DNA from: Arcobacter sp.
GTDB taxonomy: Bacteria; Campylobacterota; Campylobacteria; Campylobacterales; Arcobacteraceae
Length of the DNA stretch: 15,440 nucleotides
Direction: 5' to 3'
Assembly: GCA_965662175.1 (NCBI GenBank)
Contig: CBFIGT010000054.1
Coordinates: 1-15,440, forward strand
The position numbers and the translations under genes are program-made. Positions 8,662-15,440 of the stretch are shown piece after piece; position 1 is the first letter of the stretch; each line of letters opens with the position of its first letter. The notes below the pieces were generated by a model. It ran no database searches, had not been told where the DNA came from, and saw nothing but the letters and a program-made list of their open reading frames with translations.

Positions 8662-9062
8662 TTGAAAAATTGTATAGTTTGAAGAAAATTCAAAGCGACC
8701 AAAAAATGATGTTTAGAGCTGAAATAATGAATTCAATTGATCTTTACAATGAACAAATTGAAGAGTTAAAAAAAAGTATCACTACAGCTTCAGTAGATAG
8801 ATTTGGAGCAATATCTGATTTTAAAGTTTTGGAAATACATAAAAATACCTTAAAAATGAATGTAAGAAAATTGGAGTCTCAGCGTTCAGTTTTATTAGTA
8901 AAACTAAAAAAACTAAATGCAGAGATAGTTGAATTACAAAAACAAAAAGAGCAGTATGCATATATTTTGGATGAACAGAAAAAAGAGGCTTTCAAAAAAA
9001 TTCTAAAAGAAGAGGAAGAGGCTTCTAGTGAGTTTGTTCAAAGTAAGTATATTGTTGGTTAA
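8658..9062 (+). CDS. FliJ-like coiled-coil flagellar export protein
   Basis: 134 aa, charged and heptad-like, with an ATGA overlap with fliQ. It lies directly upstream of a MotE-like gene, a common position for fliJ. Confidence 0.6.
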   Translation: MIEKLYSLKKIQSDQKMMFRAEIMNSIDLYNEQIEELKKSITTASVDRFGAISDFKVLEIHKNTLKMNVRKLESQRSVLLVKLKKLNAEIVELQKQKEQYAYILDEQKKEAFKKILKEEEEASSEFVQSKYIVG

Positions 9063-9075
9063 AAAGGAGTTTTTA

Positions 9076-9564
9076 TTGCATAAATTATTAATACTGTTTT
9101 TTTTAATTTTATCTTTTTCATGTGCTGAAGAGAGTGCGGGTTCTTTTGTGAAAGAGAAGAAAGAGATTATAGCTTTAAAAAACGATTTAAATAAGTTTTA
9201 TAAAGAAAAAGAAGAAGAGTATCAAAAAAGAAAAAAAGAGTTAGATAGTATATTAAATAAGATAAAAAATGAAAAAAATGATATTACAAAAATTTATCAA
9301 CAAAATCAAAGAATATTAGAAGATATTAAAGGTGAAGTTGCAAGTAAAACTTCAAAAATATACAATGCAATGAAACCAAAAACAGCAGCAGCAATTTTTG
9401 ATAATATGATACTAGAGGGAAAAATTGATGATGTTTTTGATATAATCTTAAAATTAAAAGAGAAAAAAGTAACTCAAATTATGAAATCTTTGAGCGTTGA
9501 AAATGCTGCAAAGATAACGGGTAAGTTAAAAAATTTTAGTGTAGAAAATAATAAAGGACAATAA
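9076..9564 (+). CDS. MotE/FlbB-like (MgtE_N-type) periplasmic flagellar protein
   Basis: Start revised from 9028 to the in-frame TTG at 9076 (RBS AGGAG at 9065-9069). This gives signal peptide MHKLLILFFLILSFSCA, a coiled coil, then KIYNAMKPKTAAAIF...IMKSLSVENAAKIT. Confidence 0.7.
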   Translation: MHKLLILFFLILSFSCAEESAGSFVKEKKEIIALKNDLNKFYKEKEEEYQKRKKELDSILNKIKNEKNDITKIYQQNQRILEDIKGEVASKTSKIYNAMKPKTAAAIFDNMILEGKIDDVFDIILKLKEKKVTQIMKSLSVENAAKITGKLKNFSVENNKGQ

Positions 9565-10094
9565 TGGCTGAAGAAACAACTGAAGAAACTAAAAAAAGTG
9601 GTAGCGGAAAAGGTTTAATGATAGTACTTATAGTACTAATCGTTGTTTTACTACTAGCTGTAGTTGGTGGTGGATATTTCTTATATTCTCAAGGTGTATT
9701 CTCTCCAAAAGATGATAAGCAGACAGAAGTTGTACAAAAAGAAGAGAGCAATGGAAAAGAGAGATTTAAAGCAAATATTAATGATTTAGTTTTAAATATT
9801 ACTAATGCTAAGGGTAGAGAAAAACTTATGAAGTTATCTTTTACTGTAAAAAGTAGTGACCCTGCAATAGAAGCTATTGTTGAAGAGTATAAGGCTGAAA
9901 TAGTAGATGTGGTAATTGCACAAATTAGTGCTAGAAGTTCAGAAGAGCTTTTAACAGTAGGTGGAAAAGCACTATTAAAAGATGAGCTTATAGATGAAAT
10001 AAATAGAGTTTTAAATGATGCAACAGCCACTAATTCTGATATTCAAAGAAATAGTGTTAAAAATATTTTATTTACCACCTTTGTTATAAAGTAG
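9564..10094 (+). CDS. fliL: Flagellar basal body-associated protein FliL
   Basis: Single N-terminal TM ending VVGGGYFL, plus LVLNI, EELLTVGGKALLKDELIDEINRVL and a terminal VKNILFTTFVIK. Confidence 0.93.
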   Translation: MAEETTEETKKSGSGKGLMIVLIVLIVVLLLAVVGGGYFLYSQGVFSPKDDKQTEVVQKEESNGKERFKANINDLVLNITNAKGREKLMKLSFTVKSSDPAIEAIVEEYKAEIVDVVIAQISARSSEELLTVGGKALLKDELIDEINRVLNDATATNSDIQRNSVKNILFTTFVIK

Positions 10095-10101
10095 AATAAA
10101 A

Positions 10102-10527
10102 ATGATAGTTGCAGTTAAAAACAGTGGACCTAAAAAAGTTCTAACGAGAGTAATATCTTTATTAGTAGTTATTGCTATGTTTGTTGCATACTATTTTCAT
10201 ATGAGTGAAGAGTTTAGTTCTAAAGAAGAAATATCAAAACAAGAACAAGTTCAAGAGGTGGAGGATACTAAAGCTGAAGAGGCTAAAAAGATTGAGAGAT
10301 TGATTTTTAGAGAGGTTGAAACAGCCGTTGATTTAGTTGGTCAAGAGTATATTCAAGATGTAAAAATAGTGAAAGATAAAATCTTAATTACCTGTGATAC
10401 ATCAACAAACCTTGACCCAATCAAAGTAAGATATGGAACATTAGCTTTAATAAAAAATAATCTAAATAATATAAAAGTAGCTATTGATATTAGATATATT
10501 GTGGAGAGTAAATATAATGAAAAATAA
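10102..10527 (+). CDS. Hypothetical single-pass membrane protein in the flagellar operon
   Basis: 141-aa ORF with one TM (VISLLVVIAMFVAYYF), packed tightly between fliL and flgH. No family recognised. Confidence 0.75.
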   Translation: MIVAVKNSGPKKVLTRVISLLVVIAMFVAYYFHMSEEFSSKEEISKQEQVQEVEDTKAEEAKKIERLIFREVETAVDLVGQEYIQDVKIVKDKILITCDTSTNLDPIKVRYGTLALIKNNLNNIKVAIDIRYIVESKYNEK

Positions 10528-11230
10528 AGAACTACTACTATTATTGATTATTCCTTTTTTTGTGGCTTGTACATCAACAAAACCTGAAATGACTTTTGAA
10601 AAACCTCCAGCTCAAGTTTTAAAAGCCCAGCCGGTTGTTCAATATAATAAGGGTTCTTTATATTCAAGAAAAGGTGCATCTTTATTTGCTGATAAAAAAG
10701 ATTTACAAATTGGTGATATAATTCAAGTAGTTATTGATGAGTCTTTAACTTCAGATACAAGTAACAAAAGAGAGCTTACAAATACAAGTAGTGATGCATT
10801 AGGTGGTGGACTTGTTACTCCAATGACTGCAAATACAGCAGCTTTAAACTCTACTGTTCAAAAAGCAGCAAATGCTATTAATAGTGTTGCTGGGATTGAT
10901 TTTAACTCTACTAGTAGTAGCTCTTTTAAGGGAAATGTAAAAGCAGCAGTTGATGAATCATTTGCTACAACATTATCTGTAATAATTGAAGAGACTTATC
11001 AAAATGGTAATTATTATATAAAGGGTTCAAAAGAGATGTTAATTGATGAACAAAAACAAGAGATAATTATTTCAGGTGTAATTAGACCTTATGATATAAC
11101 ATCTGATAACTCAATTAACTCATCACAAATAGCTAATTTGAAAATTTTATATGTTAAAGATGGTGAAGAACAGGATGTTTTACATGTGCCTTGGGGAACA
11201 AAAATACTGAAGGCACTTTGGCCTTTTTAA
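10517..11230 (+). CDS. flgH: Flagellar L-ring lipoprotein FlgH
   Basis: Start revised to the in-frame ATG at 10517 (RBS GGAGAG). Lipobox FVAC; motifs SLFADKKDLQIGDIIQVVIDE, NGNYYIKGSKE, ISGVIRPYDI and a terminal WPF. Confidence 0.95.
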   Translation: MKNKELLLLLIIPFFVACTSTKPEMTFEKPPAQVLKAQPVVQYNKGSLYSRKGASLFADKKDLQIGDIIQVVIDESLTSDTSNKRELTNTSSDALGGGLVTPMTANTAALNSTVQKAANAINSVAGIDFNSTSSSSFKGNVKAAVDESFATTLSVIIEETYQNGNYYIKGSKEMLIDEQKQEIIISGVIRPYDITSDNSINSSQIANLKILYVKDGEEQDVLHVPWGTKILKALWPF

Positions 11231-11288
11231 TCTAATTTTAAGAATTGTAATGTAATAATAAGGGAATTAATACCCTAAGGAGAAAGTG

Positions 11289-13514
11289 ATGATACATTCA
11301 TTAAATGTTGCACAAACAGGTTTAGCAGCTTCTAAAGCATCAGTTGAAAATGTAATGAATAATGTCGCTAATGCTAATACTGAGGGGTATAAAAAAAGAG
11401 TAGTAGAAACAAGCGAATTAGCCCATGCTGATAGTAGATTATGGGGTAGAGGTGTTACAATTGATGACACAGTTAGAATTAGTAGCCAATACCTTTATGA
11501 TAATATTATAAAAGAGAATACAAAAGAAAACTATTACACAGAACAATCAACAATGCTTTCAAATATTGAGTCTATATTTAAAGAAACAGACTCTTCAGGT
11601 TTCTCAGCTGATTTAGATAGATATTTTCAAACAATAGAGAGTGCTAGAGCTAATCCAACTAATGAAATTTATAAAAATGAATTAAGATTAAATGGACAAA
11701 TGATTGTTGAAGATATTCAAAGATTGTATAGTGAAATTGAGTCTCAAGAAGAGTTAGCTACAAAAGCACTTGAACAAGATGTTATTGAGATTAATACTAT
11801 TTTAGAAGATATTGCAACAGTTAATGACAAAATAAATGAGCAAGGTTATGCTTCAAATGATTTACTTGATAGAAGAGATTTATTAGAAAAACAACTATCT
11901 TCTTATGTTGATATAAATGTTAATCGAGATTATGAGTATTATGAACTTAAAATTGGTACTGAAGTTGCTGTTAGAAATGATAGTGCAAGAACAATTACAA
12001 TAAGTGAAACCTATGCTCCTCAAAAAGATAGATATATTAAAGATGATGGCGTTACAAGTAGTATTTTAGATGGTGTAACATTTGATAATGAAGATATTAT
12101 TGTTTTTGAATTAGATAATTCAAGCTCAGTATCTGTTCAATATGGTGAAGCTATGACTTTTGATTTAGATGGTGATGGAGTAACTGAAAATATAACAGTT
12201 GATGAAACAAATTATGTAAGAGCATTAGCATATAAAATTAACAGTAATAGTGATTTATCTTCAAAAGTAAAAGCTTTTAATGGAAACTACTCTTTAGATG
12301 ATAATGGAAAAAAAGTAACTGATGATAGCAGTGATGCATATTTATTAATAGAATCTAAGATTGATGGATATAGTGAGAAGTTTGATAGTAGAGTATCTTT
12401 TATTGAAAGTGCCCATTCAGAAGCAACATATTCATACACACCACTTACACAAGGTACTGATAAATTAAGTGTAAGTAGCTTAAGTAGTGATGATGGAACT
12501 TCTATTGAGCATACATTTACTTTAACAACTACAAGTACAGGTAGTGAAGTGTGGGATATAGAGCTTACAGATACATATGGATATTATGCAGCAACTCCTA
12601 CTTTTGAACCTGATACAATAAGTTATGATGAAACAAATGGGACTATTTCTTTACCAGCAGGTGTTGATACTTTTAAAGTCTCTTATAGTACAAATGATTT
12701 AGCAGAAGCTGGAACAAACCAAGTTTATGGAATTAAAATAACAGATGCAACAGCTACACCAACTGAATTAGAATCTGAAGTTACAATTGTAGATACAGAT
12801 ATTGGGACAGTTAATAGTATTTATAAAAATGAAGAACAAAGTAATAAAGCTACAAACACAATATCTCTTAATTTATTTGATGAAGAGCTTGTTGTAAGCG
12901 GTGGAAAAGTAAAAGCGATTTTAGATAATTTAACAACAGAGTCAGGAAATAATAAATTTACAGCTTACAAAGAGGATTTAGATAATTTTGTTAAAACCTT
13001 TACAGATATAACATCTAGTTATTTTAAAAATGATGATGCTTCTTATATTTATGGAGAAATTGCAAGTGATGAGAGTTCTGAAGTTCCTGATGATATAAAT
13101 TTATTTAGTGGCTCAAACGTAAAAACTTTTACTTTTAATAGTTCAGTAGTTGGAGATTTATCACAAAAAGATTTAGATTACTTAGCAACTATACAATGGA
13201 AAGATGATATCTCTTTTAGCGGTTTTGGACAAGGTGATAGTGTTGTATCTTCTGATAATGCAACTAGCTCTTTATCTGAATTTTATCAGGATTTACGAAT
13301 TAATATATCAAGGGATAAAGAGAATAGTGATTTTTTAGTGGATACTCAAAAGGCTATTAATGAATCTCTTACTTTATCTTACGACCAAATGACAAAAGTA
13401 GATAATGATGAAGAGATGGTAAATTTAATTAAATTTCAAGCAGCATATACAGCAAATGCAAAAATAATTACAGTTGTTGATGAGATGCTTAACACACTAC
13501 TTAATATGAGATAA
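11289..13514 (+). CDS. flgK: Flagellar hook-associated protein 1 FlgK (enlarged)
   Basis: N-terminal LNVAQTGL...NNVANANTEGYKKR, NDLLDRRDLL, and C-terminal VDNDEEMVNLIKFQAAYTANAKII. RBS AAGGAG; the start is either GTG 11286 or ATG 11289. Confidence 0.95.
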   Translation: MIHSLNVAQTGLAASKASVENVMNNVANANTEGYKKRVVETSELAHADSRLWGRGVTIDDTVRISSQYLYDNIIKENTKENYYTEQSTMLSNIESIFKETDSSGFSADLDRYFQTIESARANPTNEIYKNELRLNGQMIVEDIQRLYSEIESQEELATKALEQDVIEINTILEDIATVNDKINEQGYASNDLLDRRDLLEKQLSSYVDINVNRDYEYYELKIGTEVAVRNDSARTITISETYAPQKDRYIKDDGVTSSILDGVTFDNEDIIVFELDNSSSVSVQYGEAMTFDLDGDGVTENITVDETNYVRALAYKINSNSDLSSKVKAFNGNYSLDDNGKKVTDDSSDAYLLIESKIDGYSEKFDSRVSFIESAHSEATYSYTPLTQGTDKLSVSSLSSDDGTSIEHTFTLTTTSTGSEVWDIELTDTYGYYAATPTFEPDTISYDETNGTISLPAGVDTFKVSYSTNDLAEAGTNQVYGIKITDATATPTELESEVTIVDTDIGTVNSIYKNEEQSNKATNTISLNLFDEELVVSGGKVKAILDNLTTESGNNKFTAYKEDLDNFVKTFTDITSSYFKNDDASYIYGEIASDESSEVPDDINLFSGSNVKTFTFNSSVVGDLSQKDLDYLATIQWKDDISFSGFGQGDSVVSSDNATSSLSEFYQDLRINISRDKENSDFLVDTQKAINESLTLSYDQMTKVDNDEEMVNLIKFQAAYTANAKIITVVDEMLNTLLNMR

Positions 13515-13524
13515 GGAGTAGATT

Positions 13525-15093
13525 ATGGCTGATGGTATATTAGGTTTAGGTACAGGTCAAGCTAGTACATTAAATCAAGAATTAATTGATAAGTTAAAAG
13601 AGGCTGAAAGATCATCTACTGTAGCTCCTATAGAGACAGATTTGGAAGATTGGGATATTGAATCTGAAAAAATGAGTGAGATTAGTTCTATAACTAAAGA
13701 TTTTTTAGAAACAGTAAAACCTTTTGACCTTTTTATTACATCAGGAGTAAACTCTTTTAATAGTAAATCAGCTTCAACATCTGGAGAATCAGTTGTTTTT
13801 GATGCAGTTGATGTTGCTAATTTAAATGTTGGAATTACAACTGTAAATGTTTCTCAATTAGCTCAAAAAGATGTTTATCAATCAACTGTAATAGCTGACA
13901 TAACTTCAACAATTTCAGGTACAGATAATAATGATAAACTAACTATTAATGGAACAGAATACTCTACATATGGAAAAAGTTATGAAGATTTAGTGGAAGA
14001 GATAAATTATAATGTAGATTTAAACGCTTCACTTGAACAAGTAGGAACAGATTCATATAGATTAGTAATAAAAAGTGCAAATACAGGTATAGATAATGCT
14101 TTAGAAATAGTTGAAACAGGAATTAACTTAGGTTTAAGTCAATATACATCAGGAGCTGATATTACTCAATCTGATGTTCCTTTAGCTGGATTAGATTTGA
14201 CTATAAATGGAACTACATTTACAACAGATGGGATAGAGGATTATTCTGAGTTTATTGCTAGAATAGATTCTGATGCATCTTTTGATGCCTCAATAGTTGA
14301 TGGCAAAGTTTTAATAAGAGCTACAGATGGAAGTGCTTTAGATATTACAAATGATGATTTAGCATTAGATATGAAAAATAATAATCATACCTTATCAGCA
14401 CAAAATCTTTTGGCAACAGTTGATGGAATTAGTTATGATATTGCTTCAAATACTATGACTGTAGATAATGGATTAAAAATAACAGCTGTTGATGAGGGTA
14501 AATCTTCTATAAATGTTGAGAAAGATACAACAGAAGTTGTAACACAAGTGCAAACATTTATAACAGCATATAATGCTTATGTTGAAATATTAAATAATGA
14601 GATTTATTCAGATGAATCTAGTGTAGAAGATAAATCTGTATTAAAAGATATTTTGTCACAAGTTAAAAGTATGATGTTTGGTAATTATGGAAGTGATAAT
14701 GATTTAAATCTATTTAGTTTTGGTTTTGAATTAAATAAAGATGGTGAGTTAAGTTTAGATGAAGCCGCTTTTAATACAGCACTAACAGATGATTTTCAAA
14801 GTTTAGAAAATCTTTTTATTGGATCTGCAGAAAGTGAGGGTTTTGGTACTCAACTTAAAGAGTATATAGATGATTTAGATGGTTATAATGGTTTATTAAC
14901 TTCTTATGAAACAGATATGGATGAGAGAAAAACAAAACTAGAAGAAGAGTTAGAAAAAGCTGAAGAGGACTTGGACAATAAATATAGTTTATTAAGTCAA
15001 CAGTTTGCTGATTATTCAGCAATTATAACTAGGTTTAATTCTCAATTTGCTTCTTTAGAAATGATGATACAACAATCTGTTGCTTCTAATTAA
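13525..15093 (+). CDS. fliD: Flagellar filament cap protein FliD
   Basis: N-terminal GILGLG...LIDKLKEAE, VNVSQLAQKDV and FITAYN, with a C-terminal coiled coil ending QQFADYSAIITRFNSQF. Followed by fliS. Confidence 0.94.
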   Translation: MADGILGLGTGQASTLNQELIDKLKEAERSSTVAPIETDLEDWDIESEKMSEISSITKDFLETVKPFDLFITSGVNSFNSKSASTSGESVVFDAVDVANLNVGITTVNVSQLAQKDVYQSTVIADITSTISGTDNNDKLTINGTEYSTYGKSYEDLVEEINYNVDLNASLEQVGTDSYRLVIKSANTGIDNALEIVETGINLGLSQYTSGADITQSDVPLAGLDLTINGTTFTTDGIEDYSEFIARIDSDASFDASIVDGKVLIRATDGSALDITNDDLALDMKNNNHTLSAQNLLATVDGISYDIASNTMTVDNGLKITAVDEGKSSINVEKDTTEVVTQVQTFITAYNAYVEILNNEIYSDESSVEDKSVLKDILSQVKSMMFGNYGSDNDLNLFSFGFELNKDGELSLDEAAFNTALTDDFQSLENLFIGSAESEGFGTQLKEYIDDLDGYNGLLTSYETDMDERKTKLEEELEKAEEDLDNKYSLLSQQFADYSAIITRFNSQFASLEMMIQQSVASN

Positions 15094-15102
15094 TTTTAAT
15101 TC

Positions 15103-15111
15103 TGATATAAT
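15103..15111 (+). promoter_or_regulatory. Extended -10 (TGATATAAT) upstream of fliS
   Basis: Exact TGn-TATAAT in the fliD-fliS gap, about 30 nt before the start codon. Confidence 0.5.
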
Positions 15112-15141
15112 TTGTATTTAGAAAATAACGGAGTACTTTTA

Positions 15142-15440
15142 GTGGGAATTGAAGTTTATAATCAACAAAATGCGATAAGTAGTGACCCTTATGTATTAAT
15201 TTTAAAGTTATATGAGGGTTTGTTAAAGTATCTCTCTTTTGCTGAAGAAGCAATGGAAAATGGGGATATTGAAGAAAAATTTATATATATTAATAAATCT
15301 ATTGCTATTTTTGATGAGTTAAGAAATGTTCTTGATTTTGATGGTGGAGATATTGCTCATTATTTAGATGGTCTTTATTTATATCAAATTGAAATTCTTT
15401 TTACAGCAGGAATAAATGATAATATTAATTTAATACATCA
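15142..15440 (+). CDS. fliS: Flagellin chaperone FliS (partial, runs off the right edge)
   Basis: Not in the ORF track. Hand translation from GTG 15142 (RBS GGAG): MGIEVYNQQNAISSDPYVLILKLYEGLLKYL...INKSIAIFDELRNVLDFDGGDIAHYLDGLYLYQ. Confidence 0.93.
   Translation, partial: MGIEVYNQQNAISSDPYVLILKLYEGLLKYLSFAEEAMENGDIEEKFIYINKSIAIFDELRNVLDFDGGDIAHYLDGLYLYQIEILFTAGINDNINLIH

Noticed and set aside
9028..9075. ORF-track start of the MotE-like gene at 9028
   Set aside because: It overlaps the fliJ-like gene. TTG 9076 has an AGGAG RBS and gives a clean signal peptide.
10484..10516. ORF-track start of flgH at 10484
   Set aside because: ATG 10517 has an RBS and gives a normal-length lipoprotein signal.
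11211..11226. AGGCAC as a sigma54 -24 box upstream of flgK
   Set aside because: There is no GC at the -12 position, and it lies within the conserved flgH C-terminal codons.
8074..11470. Minus-strand ORFs 8074-8379, 9689-10030 and 11267-11470
   Set aside because: Antisense shadows of the acidic ORF, fliL and flgK.
13514..13525. Absence of flgL after flgK as evidence of gene loss
   Set aside because: flgL is often unlinked from flgK in Campylobacterota, so this cannot be judged from one window.

Overview
AT-rich chromosomal window, most likely from an Arcobacteraceae (Campylobacterota) genome; this is inferred from gene order and protein style. The left third is a nitrogen locus: a partial PDC/Cache-like membrane protein gene (minus strand) divergent from a tandem amt-PII-amt-PII array, followed by pyrC. 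The rest is a flagellar cluster: fliM and flgI on the minus strand, then a highly acidic ChePep-like ORF, fliQ, fliJ-like, MotE-like, fliL, a hypothetical membrane protein, flgH, flgK, fliD and partial fliS on the plus strand. Four signals stand out. (1) A palindrome TGTAT-N7-ATACA occurs three times upstream of the two amt genes, suggesting an unidentified nitrogen regulator. (2) A 143-bp imperfect hairpin element lies between amt2 and the second PII gene, and its unpaired segments resemble the ERIC core. (3) FlgK carries a Calx-beta/adhesin-like domain insertion. (4) FliD has an internal domain duplication. No transposase, CRISPR array, tRNA or rRNA was seen.
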